A DNA stretch of 60,797 nt, filler included, from Squatina squatina (lineage: Eukaryota): the NCBI GenBank assembly GCA_031763465.1. It is 3 parts of 2 records of this genome, joined end to end, with 100 filler letters (N's around TTAATTAATTAA, not from the genome) between each part and the next. Parts side by side here need not be neighbours in the genome. Positions count along the whole stretch, not along the records: positions 19,366 to 43,544 come from JARFOE010000004.1; positions 43,645 to 60,797 come from JARFOE010000100.1; 1 more part is not named here. One strand, 5' to 3'. Position numbers and translations under genes: made by a program. The notes below the pieces were generated by a model, which was not told the DNA's origin, did no database searches, and saw only the letters and a program-made list of their open reading frames with translations. Below, piece by piece: positions 36,633-50,750 of this stretch; the stretch's first letter is position 1; each line of letters begins with the position of its first letter.

Positions 36633-37881
36633 GTCCTTTGCTATCTATTTCTTTTCCCTGAACATTAACCTTCATATATTGCACTCATCTTCAGGTCAAT
36701 ACATTTTAGGAAATAAAAATGGAGATAAAGACAGCTACATTTTTTCTTCTTATGTTTGCTAGTTGTTATACTTAACTTTCACTCCATTATCCTTTGCCTA
36801 TTCATTTAATCAGTTCATTCTTTCTTCACTTCAGAATCCTGCCCTTTTACTTGATGCAAAGTGCTGGAGTTCCATACTGAGCAGTATCAACAATGTAAAA
36901 TTATACTTCTGATGCCTATGTTCAGCACTCCCAAAAATGTAGAAAATCACACTCTTGAGTTATTCAAAATAGATTCACTGCCTTATAATTTACTTACTTG
37001 ATGTTTGCAGCCAATATAAGGCAACCCATTAATGTTGTGTTTAATGCTATGTGGAAAATACAGTCTGGCAATAATTGTGCTAAAAGTAACATGTCTGCCA
37101 AAACTAACATGCTGCTCTCAGCAGTAAGGAACTAGTCTCATGAACAAACACACAATAGGCTCATACACAAGTCTTTACAGGAATAACTCCGGAAAATTGC
37201 AATGGACCAAACCTTGGAAAGGATTTAAAACTAAAATATAATTGTTAAACTAGAACTTGGGTCCAAATTCATGGTGATTACGATGTGAATTCAGTACAAA
37301 ATTCTTACAATAGAACATCTAAGACACACTCTAGCTCAGTTGCTCTGTAACCAGCTTGACAAAGAAATAGCACTGTACTAAATGTAATTCATAGATTGGA
37401 GTCAACACAGTGCTACATACTCCAATCTACATCATGTTGTTCATTGTGAAACAGCTCTATTTACTTACCAGCTTGAGTTTGACTCCAAGCTTGTTCGATC
37501 ACTTCAGTAAGCAGGCTTAAGCATGTCTGGATGGTTTAAACAGGCTGCATATAGTAAGCCGTCCAGTTTTCTCTAAATCTCAGAGAGCCATGCCACATGG
37601 TCAAGCATATGCCTGCAGTATAATACAGCATATTTATGTGCTTTAGCAACCACAGTGGTGCACTAAAACTTGAAGGAAACCATAGTACCACTGACTACTG
37701 GCCAGATTAATACTTTCACTATGAGTTATAAGAGCGTCATTAAATGTTTCCTACCTATACTACCACCTTCAATATAAACAGNNNNNNNNNNNNNNNNNNN
37801 NNNNNNNNNNNNNNNNNNNNNNNNNNNNNNNNNNNNNNNNNNNNNNNNNNNNNNNNNNNNNNNNNNNNNNNNNNNNNNNNN

Positions 37882-38485
37882 CCGGTACCTCTCCTGTATC
37901 TAGTGAAGATTGGAAAATGATCCTCAGAGCATCCGCTATTTCCTCCCTGCTTCCTTCAATAGCCTAGGAAACAATCCATCTTATCAACTTTCAAGGATTC
38001 CAGTCCCTCTAGTACTTCCTTTCTCGTTATATTTATCTTATCCAATATTTCACACTCCTCCTCTTTAACTACGACATCTGCATCATCCCTTTCCTTTGTG
38101 AATACGGAGACAAAATACTAACTTAAAACCCTGCCCACATCCTCTGCATCTACACACAAGTTACCTTTATCCTCTCTGATAGGTCCCACCTTTTCCTTAG
38201 CAATTCTCCTAATGTACTGATAAAACATCTTCAGGTTTTCGTTAATCTTACTTGCTAATATTTTTTCACATCCTCTCTTTGCTTTCTTTATTTCCTGTTT
38301 TACTTCATCCGTGTACTTTCTATACTGCTTGAGGCTTTCTGCAGTATTAAGTTTTCTGTGACTGTTATAAGCTTTCTTTTTCTGCTTTTTCTTGCCCCGT
38401 TCACTTCTAGACAACCAGGGGGCTCTGGATTTGGTAGTGCCACCCTTTTCCTTTGTGAGGACATGTCTACATTCCCGACCAAAAT
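37882..38485 (-). mobile_element. CR1 LINE ORF2 fragment
   Basis: KQEIKKAKRGCEKILASKINENLKMFYQYIRR..KEKVGPIREDKGNLCVDAEDVGRVL. Confidence 0.88.
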
Positions 38486-38487
38486 AA

Positions 38488-39196
38488 ATCTTCTTGGGCA
38501 GTCCCTCGAGGTCGAGGAGGACTCGCTTCCACTCCGGAGTTGTGGGGTCTGAGGTGACTAAATAGTCCTATACGGGATCCACAAACTCTACCACAGGCGG
38601 GGCAGGTGGTATTTGATGGGGCGAGTGGATGGGATGCTCGGGTTTCCGTGCGCTGCTTCCGCTGCCTGTGTTTGGCCTCCACGTGCTCCCGCCGGAGAAA
38701 CTCCAAGTGGTTGGCACCTTCGCGGATGCTTCTTCTGCAGTTCGGGCGGTCTTGAATCAGAGATTCCCATGAGTCAGTGGGGATGTTACATTTTTTCAGG
38801 GATGCTTTAGGGACGTCCTTGAAGCCCTTCCTCTGCCCTCCTGGAAGTCGCTTGCTATGACGAAGCTCAGAATAGAGTGCTTGTTTTGGGAGTCTTGAGT
38901 CAGCCGTGTGGACGATGTGGCCCGCCCAACACACCTGGTTGAGCGTGACCAGTGCCTCGATGTTGGGAATGTTGGCCTGAGGGAGGACGCTGACATCCTG
39001 CCAGTAGATTGGCAGGATTTTGCGGAGGTAGTGTTGGTCATATTTCTCCAGTGCTTTGAGGTACCTAATGTAAATTGACCATGTCTCCGACACATACAGG
39101 AGGGTGGGTATCACTGCTGCCCTGTAGATAATGAGCTTGGTGTCAGGTATGAGGTATTTACCTTCAAACACTCTTTTCCTCAAGCGGCCGAAGGCT
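38488..39196 (-). mobile_element. RTE-clade (BovB-like) LINE, 3' portion
   Basis: AFGRLRKRVF...TLLYVSETW...WAGHIV...RLPKQALYSEL...GGQRKGFKD...CPACGRVCGSRIGLFSHLRPH, ending in a short AAGAAGA tail. Confidence 0.9.
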
Positions 39197-42100
39197 NNNN
39201 NNNNNNNNNNNNNNNNNNNNNNNNNNNNNNNNNNNNNNNNNNNNNNNNNNNNNNNNNNNNNNNNNNNNNNNNNNNNNNNNNNNNNNNNNNNNNNNNCAGA
39301 GCAAATACTTTTAACTTGGACCCAAAGTGGTAAAAACTCAAGCCCAACCAAGAGATTAGTTTTAGAGCTTATTGCAGCCATTCCCCTAACTGTTAGTTTC
39401 AGTATGTTATTTCAAGGCCGATCAATCAGCAGTGAATACATATGGTCCGGTAATGTGATACCATACATCTTCTAACCAGCTTCACATTCGTGGTATTACT
39501 TACATCAGCAAGTAATAGCAAAGCGACAATGCTGCATTTCATTCTTTATGATGTCTTCCTCCTATGTCCATTGAACCACGCATGTATTGCAGGAGCACTG
39601 TTTTAAGTAAACACCTTTATTCTCATCAGTTGCACATTCCGCACGTCGCAGCTAAGTGCTCTGCAGCCTGCCAAAGCAGCCAAATAAGAAGACAACTCTT
39701 ACTTTGAGCAAAACATTAACAACGTGTGTCAGAGAATGAGCAGAAAATCTTTTTATCCCCTTAACTGTGTACATGGGAGTGGATCCAGGCCACAGAGGAA
39801 GGAAAAATCAATGCAATGTTTCTGTTCAGTCATTTCCATTATAGGGAAAAAATAACACATAGACATGGCCTCAAGCCAGTTCAGCTACTGTAGCATGTAA
39901 AAAATCACCTTCGCCTCTTTCAGACATATTGCCACTTACAATGAGCATGATTGTTGCCAAAATAGTTATTTGTAATGACCAGTATCTCTGAGAAACATAC
40001 TTCACATCATAAATTTTTATCAGCTGTTTCCTGTAACTGTAATAATTTTAACATAGTTTTATCTTCTATGGAGCACTATTTAATAAAGCCATACATCTAT
40101 AAAGGCTTACCATAATTGTAGTTTGCTGCTGTTTCTTTGCCAACATTTTTCACAAAGCTAAATGTTCTCAGCATGCATGATGTATGTTCATTCTTTATTA
40201 AGCAATTTACCCAGTTGTAAAATCAGAAAAAGAAGGGTAATGGAGTTTGTCTCTGCCTGTCTATTTAACTGCTCAGGAGGTTATTCCTTTAACCACGTGA
40301 GCACAGACANNNNNNNNNNNNNNNNNNNNNNNNNNNNNNNNNNNNNNNNNNNNNNNNNNNNNNNNNNNNNNNNNNNNNNNNNNNNNNNNNNNNNNNNNNN
40401 NNNNNNNNNGCTCTTGGCTCAGAGGCTGTGAGTTCAAGCTACGAGCCAGGAGACTGAGCTCACAATCCAATCTGGTGGTGCAGAATAAAACAGGTGAATA
40501 TTAAGAAAATAAGAAGAAATGCATTTCACAGTTTTGAATTCCAGCCTCATCTGCCATTCAGGCAATGCTGCTGCCTCTTTTAAATGTTTAAAATATGATC
40601 ACCTTAGATATAAAATGCTGGATATTTCACAATGTTATTCCATATGTTAGAAACTGAATTTCCCAAGTATCCTGCACTGACTGGGAGATTCAGGGAAAAT
40701 GTTTTTCCCAATTCTCAATTTTTTCTGAAGCTTTTTGAATGGCCACAATTCCATGGAAATTAAAGAATGTAGGAACAGCAATTAATCCTTCTCATCAAGA
40801 GATCAAAGCTATATGGACAACTGGAATTTGCAGAGCAGTTGACCAAATGGGTGTGACATTATTGGTACAAAAATAAACTTAACCACATCATGATGTGCTG
40901 AAAGGATCTAGTGCAAGAGGAAAACATCAGGGAGGGAGCATCTTACTATCTGGGATCCATGAAATGCCTTCTTGGTGGCAAAGTTGCAACACACTCCTTA
41001 ATGTGTGCAGGCAAACAAATCAGCCCAATGTGTCTTTTTAATTATCGAATGGCTTTGCTGCATTGTTTCTACATAATAGCTACCTCCCAAATTATACCGC
41101 TTTGGCACCCTTTTCCACAAACTGGAAACTTTGGGAACTATCTTAATGAACCCTCCCCTTAACATGTCAGATTGTTGTGTTGTTATACTCAATTACTGAT
41201 TTGGTAGCCTACTGCTTCCGACAAAGAGACCGAATAAGCAAATATTTTCTGGTTTATGGATAATCAGTCTGCTGACCATCTCTTTTTTGAGTTTAGCAAT
41301 TTTGTATTTACTGTTTTATATTGATTTACACAGTAAAAGAAAAGATAATTTACCAATCAATCTCTACTCAATTCCCAAGGAAAATCTCACTTTTAGACAG
41401 AAAGTACTGTGGCTGCTCGAATCTTGTGGTACCAGAGTTTGTTCCTTTACTTTGAATCTGAGCAACACTTGAACTTTCAGAACAACCTCTTGCCAAATTC
41501 TGTTCAGACCAAATACATAACACAGCAGTGTTGCATCAAGGCTTAGACACACGCACAGAAGTGTCTACACGTGTTGGAAAATCTAAATGAAGAAATCCTA
41601 TTTGATTGGAGCAACTGGAAAGTGCGTCATTCACAGGAAGGAAATAATTGAAATCTCAACTGTGTTTCAGTGAGGAGAAAACCTGCAACATAACCACTGG
41701 ATGCCTGTGAAATAGTGTGTGTGTGTCTTTGTACAGCATTATGAANNNNNNNNNNNNNNNNNNNNNNNNNNNNNNNNNNNNNNNNNNNNNNNNNNNNNNN
41801 NNNNNNNNNNNNNNNNNNNNNNNNNNNNNNNNNNNNNNNNNNNNNTGAAATATAAATGGTTTATGTTCTTAGAATGAATAACATAGCAAAATATTTGCAT
41901 ATAATTAAGTGACGCATCAGTAAGAGGGTTGAAAGTAGGATTGCAGAGTGTGTGGATGTAATGTGCTGCCTTGTTAAACTTTATACCATTATGATGTGTT
42001 TCGTTCAGCGTACACTAAATATTCACTGACAAATATCAGCCCCACATGGTAATTAGATGGTATGCACATGTCATAAAACAAATGGAATGTACGGACAGCA

Positions 42101-43588
42101 TGGAAAAATGAAAGGTGCCATTTTGAGCCAATGCATATGTTAATTGTTTTACTGTATCACTGTATGCACAAATCTAAAAGTATTGCAGATATGTAACTCC
42201 TAAGTGTTACACTGTCTAAGTAAGTAGAGTGCACTCTAAGCACCACAACAGACAAAAGTGCTTGCCTCTTTTATCATTTTTACTTTACCAGCAACTAAAG
42301 CAGTTCCACTTTTAAAACACTGACCATCTGTTGATTCTATCATCTAATTTGTTGCACAAGTTTTCAAAGTCACATCTACATTTTATCAAAAGTGTATAAT
42401 TATCGAGAACATTGTCTTCTAGTAACAGTCCGCAAATGGAACCAATTCTTCTGTTTCTTTCCAGCTCGAATGCGGTGCCAATTTATGAGCAGCAGGTCAA
42501 AGGCATGAAAGTCAACCTGGTCAGAATCAGTGACACATTGTGCAATGTTTTAGATACAGTGCAGTACTGCTTGCAAATGTTTCTCAGATTTTTCAAGTTT
42601 TATATACATTAGAGGCCTGCAATGTACTGCAGAACCTCTGGTACCCCGAATTAACACTTGAAAAGATGAGGGGCACCCAATTACATTGCCCANNNNNNNN
42701 NNNNNNNNNNNNNNNNNNNNNNNNNNNNNNNNNNNNNNNNNNNNNNNNNNNNNNNNNNNNNNNNNNNNNNNNNNNNNNNNNNNNNNNNNNNNCGTTTCCC
42801 CCCCCCCCCCCCCCAAGAAATGCTTACAAGTAGCACAGTGACTCTTTCTAGCTTGCCCTGTGGAGATGCGCCTGATAACAGAAACAGGTATCAGACAACA
42901 ACTTTACCCTATGGCATTCTGAGCTCAAATTAATGAGGTTTCTCAGTTATTATAGAACGGTCACACAATGAGGACTTTCTAACAATTACTTTTGAAAATA
43001 AATGCAATTGAAAATGGAACCATCTGTGGATCAGAATTTTTTTTTTTTACACAATTTGGATGAGTTATTGAAAGGAGACATGAATCTTTTGCTTCAAAAT
43101 AAATTAGTTACATGCACACTACTTGACAACTTGTAAAACCTTTCAGCATCATTGTGCATTCTAAGCAAATATAACATTTCAGTGCAAACGCCATTATAGC
43201 TAAAGTAGCAATCAAAACCTGGATGCATGAGGACCAAGTCAAACCTTAGAACTGTAGTTCTAGAACTGCTTATGTGACACTATGGATAAGCTATTTAAAA
43301 GATCCAAATAACAGAGTTTGGTGAACGTGGATATTTGTGGTGCTACATTGGCGAATACCTTTATTACTTGTTGACTAAATATTAGTCCAGCACTAAGCAC
43401 ATTGACTATAGGTTTCTCATACTACTGATAACTTCACATAAAAAGTACTAAAACAGTACTACAACCTCTATCACAGCAATGATTAAATACTTTTAAATTG
43501 TCATTCACACCAAGGATAAAGTTACTATTGCTGAGCACAAAATANNNNNNNNNNNNNNNNNNNNNNNNNNNNNNNNNNNNNNNNNNNN

Positions 43589-43600
43589 TTAATTAATTAA
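43589..43600. other. assembly linker TTAATTAATTAA inside an N gap
   Basis: 44 N + TTAATTAATTAA + 44 N. Confidence 0.95.
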
Positions 43601-44957
43601 NNNNNNNNNNNNNNNNNNNNNNNNNNNNNNNNNNNNNNNNNNNNAAACTGAAAATCATGCAAAATGACAGATGCTAATAATAATATGCCTTTAACTAGCA
43701 TGTGCTGTGTATTAATATGTACAGTGTAAGTAACTGGAAAATATACATATTCAGATCTACAGGTAATGCAATTGTGGCAGTCATTTAAAAATCTGGCTTT
43801 TAAGTTTGTGATGCGACGTTTAGTGGTTCACTGCACCTTTTTAAAATTCAACAAATGTGTTAATTTCTTGAAATTGTATAATTTCTTGCACTTTGCACTG
43901 TATTAAATCTATACTAGGTAGGATTTTCAACAATTACATTGAATTTTATTCAAAAGTGCATGCAGCACCTGGCTCCTTCGCACCCAGATGTAACATACTG
44001 CCCGAATATTATCAAGTTAAGGAATTTATGCTATCTTTATGAAGCTAGATGGAAGTAAAATGTATCGTATTTCAATCAGTGTGCTTCTTGGTCTCCACAC
44101 TGACATTTTTCTGATATGATGCCTCCCGAGCACAGTGATAAACATGCTCAGTCCTGACACCAGTTGGAAGCCATTGCAGATAAGTAACCAGCTCCAGATA
44201 GGTCTGTAGGAGTATACCCCTCACTGACTGTCTGCATTGCAATTCATATTTCCGGCAGCAGTCCTGATGTGTTGGTGTATAAGAGCTCTCAGAATGATGG
44301 AGATCGCTGGAACAGCAATTCTCAGAATTCCAGACGTGTGTGCAATATAACAGCTGTATTGGTGCTATGCTTCTTGTCTTCAGGCAGTATGAGCTCCCGC
44401 AAAGGTAATGGAGCACAATGATGCTAATTAAATGTTATTGTGATTCTCTGAAGTATTTTCACTAAATGGTGTTACATTTTGTCATCCAAGTTATACTGTA
44501 TTAGAAGCAGCTCTGCCTTGTGAAATCTATATTTTACAGTAACGTGATGAGCATGAAGTTAATTTATGTTTCAGAAAAGGCACTTCACAGTCATTTGGCT
44601 GTCAGAAATTATTATTTTCTGGTATCATATCTATATTCGTTAAATGCAGAAATAGCTTTACTTACTGTGTGCAGTTCATCCCATGGTGCATAAATAAAGC
44701 TGTTCCTTTTCTGAATTTATGTGGCTTAGATTGTAATTTTATGTGTGGCTTTGCTGCATACACTGCTGCAGAATACTTGCAAACTAACCAAAAAAAAATC
44801 TGAATTTTTGTTGTGTGCTTCATGTTGGTCTTTTGTGCTGGTGCATATTCAGAGATCNNNNNNNNNNNNNNNNNNNNNNNNNNNNNNNNNNNNNNNNNNN
44901 NNNNNNNNNNNNNNNNNNNNNNNNNNNNNNNNNNNNNNNNNNNNNNNNNNNNNNNNN

Positions 44958-46080
44958 CAAATATACACACAAATACTCACTCAAATACACTCACATACCC
45001 TCACTCAAATATACCCCTCGACCCTCACTCAAATGTACTCACAAACGTTCACTCAGATATACCCCTAGACTCTCACTCAAATATACTCACTGATCCTCAC
45101 TCAACTATACTCACAGACCCTCATTCAAATGTACCCACTGATCCTCAATCAAATATACTCAAAGATCCTCACTCAATATGCTCACAGACACCCACGCACA
45201 TATACTCACAGACCATCACTCAAATGTACTCATGGACACTCACTGAAATATATCCCTTAGACCCTCACTCAAATATACTCAAAGACGTTCACTGATATAT
45301 ACTCTAAGACTCTCACTCAGATATCCACTAGACCTCACTGAAATATACCCTAAGACCTCACTCAAATATACTCACACAACCTCACTCAAATATACCCCTC
45401 AAGCCACAATTAAATATACTCACAGACCCTCACTAAAATATACTCACAGACCCTTTCTCAAATATACTCACGGACCCTCACTCAAAGATACACACAAACC
45501 CTCACTCAAATATACTCACACACCCTCACTCAAATATGTCCCTCAGCCCTCAGTCAAATATACCCCTAGACTACTGACACAAATATACTCACAGACCCTC
45601 ACTCAAAAATACGCACAGACGCTTATTGCAATATACCCTGAGACACGCACTCAAATATACTCATAGAACCTCACTGAAATATACCCCTTGACCCTCACTC
45701 AAACATACTCAGAGACCCTCATGCAAATATACACAAAAACCCTCAATCAAATATCCCCACTCACCCAAACTCAAATATACTCACAGACACTCACTCCAAT
45801 TTTCTCATAGACACTCACGCACAAATACTCACAGCCGCTCACTCAAATATACCCCTTAGACCCTCACTCGAATATACTCACAGACCCTCAATGAAATATA
45901 CCCCTATACCATGACTCAAATATATTCACAGACCCTCACTCATATACCCTCACAGATCCTCACTCAAATATACTCCCAGACCCTCTCTCAACCAGACTCC
46001 TAGATCCTCACTCAAGTATACTCACAGACCCTAACTCAAATATACTCATGCCTCTCACAGACACTCATCCCCACATATAC
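44958..46080. repeat. ~24 bp minisatellite array (about 1.1 kb visible)
   Basis: Tandem CCCTCACTCAAATATACTCACAGA units with a recurring ...ATATACCCC(T)TAGA variant. The left end is in a gap. Confidence 0.95.
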
Positions 46081-49000
46081 TTGCAACCTCTTACATAAGA
46101 GTGAGTATGGATGTACAGTCTTAGACGCCTTCATATGCACTCATACACGCTCTCACATGTATACTCAAACTCACTCACATTCTCCTTCCCGGTGACTTCA
46201 AATCATGCAGGCCATAAAACGAGGCTGTCGATTTTGATATCGCCTGTTTTGCGTGATCACCAAAGACTCCCCTTCTCCCCCACACTCGCTCTCACTCTAT
46301 GCCTTCCCGTCACCCATTCCCCTGCACGACTTAGCTGTAATCTGTGCGACTGATGATTCTGACCTGCCTTGCACTAACAGAACAAAATTCATCAGATCAG
46401 TTCCATATATCCTCCATTTGCTGTCAGAAACATATTTATTTGAGTATTATGGTGTCTGAAAAATAAAACATTAGCCCAATGAAAGGTTTTCATTATGTTT
46501 TTCTTCGTACTCTGATTCCAATTAAGTGAAATGTAGTCTACAGCTATTGAGATATTAAGTACACTTCTGATGGTGATTTCACAGTAGATTCATTATGAAT
46601 CCCGCTACAACACAGAAGCCAAAGGACGTACATTATGGTGCTGTCAGGCTACTTTCTGTTCTCCTGTGCATGTATCATCCCTCCATTCTTGGACAATTGA
46701 TTACCGCTTAAATACCACAGAATGTATAAGTAGCATTTTGACATTTCTCTCTGTTTTCTATATCACAAGGAAACAATTTATGTACTGGTACATTTTTTAT
46801 TTGTTAAAACAAAGTAGAATCCATAGAATTAGATTTAGATTTGTAAAATAAACTCAACTTACAATTTCAAGTTCAAAGCAAGGCAACAACTATACAATGG
46901 CCTAGCATCAAATTTGATAAAATGGTTTCCTTTTCAAAATAGAATTATTCCGGTGACATTATAGACTCCTGTCCCTCCTGCTTTCGTTGTCATTGTCACT
47001 ATGGAAACTTAAATGTTCAGGGGATTTGCATAAAATTTAGTAAGACATGTAGTGGATACATGACATGTTTCACACATTGGTGACTACATCCAACTAATAT
47101 GCAACAATTCCATAATCAATTAAAATGATATTAAATCTGCTTGGTGTCAAGTGAAATTTTGCTGGAACCATAGCAGTAATTTAATATATAACCTGGGCTA
47201 ATCTAGTGAATTTAAGGTGCCTATTCTTGTCACTTTGGTTTTCAGCCNNNNNNNNNNNNNNNNNNNNNNNNNNNNNNNNNNNNNNNNNNNNNNNNNNNNN
47301 NNNNNNNNNNNNNNNNNNNNNNNNNNNNNNNNNNNNNNNNNNNNNNNAGGTTTCGCGCCCCATTAATGCCTTAAGTAGGCGTTTGATCTATTGCAGAGAC
47401 ATTTAAGGTGAAACCAAATTTCCAATTTTTCTTTTCTCAAGATGTTATTTGCTGTGCAGGTCCTCATGAGGACAAACAAAAAAATGCTTGCAATAATCTG
47501 TGCAGTTGCTGTTATTACAGGCATATTTTTGTTTGTACTCACAAGGGCTTGTCCAGCAAATCACAGTGAAATTTGATTTCATTTTAATGATCTTGCTGAG
47601 CAGTAGAAATGTTTTCCATTCCGTGACAAGTGTGCTTTAAACACAGATTTATTTATGCACATTTCTGAGTGCAACAGATCAAAATTAATATACTTTTGTG
47701 ATTTTGTGAATACAGTTTGGCAAATAATTTGGCAGTACAGTTTCCAGTAAGGTGGGATACAAGAGCTTTCTTCTCATCTCATGTTATATGAATACATTTT
47801 GAATGTCTGTGTTCAGGATGTCTTATCCAAGGGCATTGCAAACCAGCTAAGTTAACCACAGACTTTCCAGACTGCTTAGTAATGTCTGAATGTGATGTCA
47901 ATTAGCTTTCCATGCTATTTTAAACTCAAGTATCTTTTTCCAGCAGCCTGTTTGACAACTTCAGTCGTTCATTTTTTAAAAAAGCATCAATTTATTTCCC
48001 TTTTTCCATTTCATAGCCAAGAGTACAAACAGGAAATCTACTGCCAGATGTCTGCCAGAACTGCTTAGTAACCATCGACTTAGGTACACTAGATGAGTGT
48101 GGGTAAAATGCCTTGTGATTTTGTCCTAGTCAGCAAGCAAAGGCTCCATTTCTTGTCACTGATGGCCCGAGAGAAATTGGTAACATACTGTATGGGGAAT
48201 TATGGGTGTAAGCCCATGTCCTATCACTTCGTGACATAATGCATTCATATACCAATGTTCTGTATGACTGGGTTGCTAGCTTCCTACTTTTAAAATCAGC
48301 TAGTTTGTATATCTGTGTGATCAGCGACTGATTAATGGAACGCTGTTTGCTGCAACNNNNNNNNNNNNNNNNNNNNNNNNNNNNNNNNNNNNNNNNNNNN
48401 NNNNNNNNNNNNNNNNNNNNNNNNNNNNNNNNNNNNNNNNNNNNNNNNNNNNNNNNCTTGTCTGTGAAAGTTGTAAAAAAGAAAGCTGTTTGGGCCGCTT
48501 CTGGCCCTGATTCTCTTCCTGCCACAACGGCTTCCAAGCTCAGGCTACAGTTAAAATTGATGTCAGGCTCCGATGACATCCTTGCCACCCACTCAGAAGA
48601 GCAGTTTAATATAGAAGACAGTGAAATTGGTGTGGATTGTCAACAGGTAATTCATCCAGCCGATTTTAATTGTCTGCTCGCCTGCTTTCCACTGAGTGGA
48701 AATCACCCCGAATATTTCAAGACAATTGCTTGAAATGGAAAAATAGAAATTGTGTTTAAGTTCACATTCCTTATTTGATATTGTTTGATTTGTTTTTAAA
48801 GGAGGCATTGTTGCTAAGGGCCTTTTTTTGCTGTTGAAATCACAAAGCAAGCTGTGGCTCACTTGCCTACCCTTTGACCTGAAAGATTGCTGAAGCGAAT
48901 CTGGTGGTGGCAGGGGGAGAGGGTGGTTGAGAAAAGCATAAAGAAAACACACCTTGTAAGTAGTAAATCAAAGCAAGGTTTTCAAAATGCTATAAAAACA

Positions 49001-50479
49001 TTTTCAGACATCAAATAAATTTAAAAATTCTTTACAGACAAATTTACAAAATGTTGGAATACATTTTTACAAATGAAAATAACTGAGTATTTATTTTGTC
49101 CAAATCCATTTATTTATTCTGGTTAAATTGATTTTAATGAGATTTAAATGAAAACTATGCTCCGAGTCCAGCTGTCTCTCAGGAAATGCCTTAGTGCCTT
49201 CCATGCAGTGATTCTTGAAAACCTCAATGTATTTCAAAGCAGTAAAAAGGCCATAAAACACACTGAATAATTTATAGCAAGCTTTCTGTCAAACAGCAGG
49301 TGGAGAGAGATTTTGCAGAAGAGGGTGCTCAGCTTTTCATAACATTCTGTTTTTACAATAGTTACAATGAAATAAGTCAATAACCATACCACAAGAATAC
49401 AAATCGCAACTGCATTTACAGAGAAGCAATAGACAAATAGATGAAGCTCCAAATTAATAATTTGGCGAACTCAAGATGAATGACTTACATGTTTTATAAC
49501 ATTGGGATAGCCAATGACAGCAATCCCATAATGTTACCAGCAACCTGTTAGAATTTAAGTCTGCTCAAAAGCATCAACCGCATTCGTATCAAACATCATG
49601 GCATTAACTCCATTTCGTAGTGCAGATAAAAGTTTAATTCAATTAAATTAAAGTTGTGCCCTCTGTAAATAAAGGAGGAAGGGGAGTATTAAAATATGCC
49701 ACATTGTTTATAAAGGCAATCAAAAGAAATGTATTGCTTTGGCTATACGAAAGGATTGACCCATATTTACAATTCCAAGAATAGCAAATTAGTCCTCTGC
49801 TATCTCACCTGAGCAGCCAATCGAAAGGGAGGAAGGGAGTGGTTCATTACTGAGGTTGACCCTGTCCTATATATGCTAATCTAGAGAAGTAGCAAAACCT
49901 GACCAGCAAGGAAGCTAACAGCTCAAAAACTGCACTAAATATAGACTTTTTGGCACACAAGGGGGAATTTTGTGATGAATGATCTTTTCATGCCAGATTA
50001 TTTTAAGGTAGATATTAACCTGTTTAAAATGGTGCAAGTAGGCATTTGATGCCAAAAATTCAGTCATGAGAAAATCACTCCTCTGAACAAAATGACCTAG
50101 AAGTTTTTTCGCATCAGTCTGCTGGCGTAGACTCAGCGCAGGTCAAAATCTCGGCACCTGAAGGGATAGCACAAGGCAGACCCAAAGTTGGACTGCAGGC
50201 GTCACTTAAATTAGACCGTCAAACTGCAGACACCTGCTGGATGTCCCCAGGCAGCAAACCGATGAAGAGGCTTTAAATTTTGGGCCACTTTATCAGCGGT
50301 AATGGNNNNNNNNNNNNNNNNNNNNNNNNNNNNNNNNNNNNNNNNNNNNNNNNNNNNNNNNNNNNNNNNNNNNNNNNNNNNNNNNNNNNNNNNNNNNNNN
50401 NNNNNTACAGTCGGAAACCTCGAGCACAATTTTAGGGACAATGATTTACTCTAAAGTGAAGTCCCTGTTGTCATCTAGG

Positions 50480-50750
50480 GAAATTTGCCAGCCATTTTGC
50501 ACAGAGTCAAGTCCCACAAGTAGCAATGACATGAATGAATATTTAACTCTTTGATGGGATTTTGATTGAGGGCGGATTATTGGGAGAATTCCCTGCTCTT
50601 TAATAAGTGCCAACCTGAACCATCTGAAAACTAGCACCTCCGAAAAATGGAGCCAGCTCCCTCAATACTACACTGAACTGTCACCTTAGATTACTTGGTT
50701 ATGACTTGGACTGGGGCTTGAACCTACACCTTCTGATTTACAGGCAAGAG
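50480..50750 (-). mobile_element. diverged SacSINE1-like SINE
   Basis: CAGCCATTTTGCACAGAG..AAGTCCCACAA...CTCCCTCAATACTACACTG...GACTGGGGCTTGAACC. Confidence 0.6.

Noticed and set aside
44958-46080. Possible CRISPR array or repeat-protein gene (THSNILTDPHS.. ORFs)
   Set aside because: Units are head-to-tail with no unique spacers, the context is vertebrate, and the ORFs arise from the 24-bp period and are interrupted by stops.
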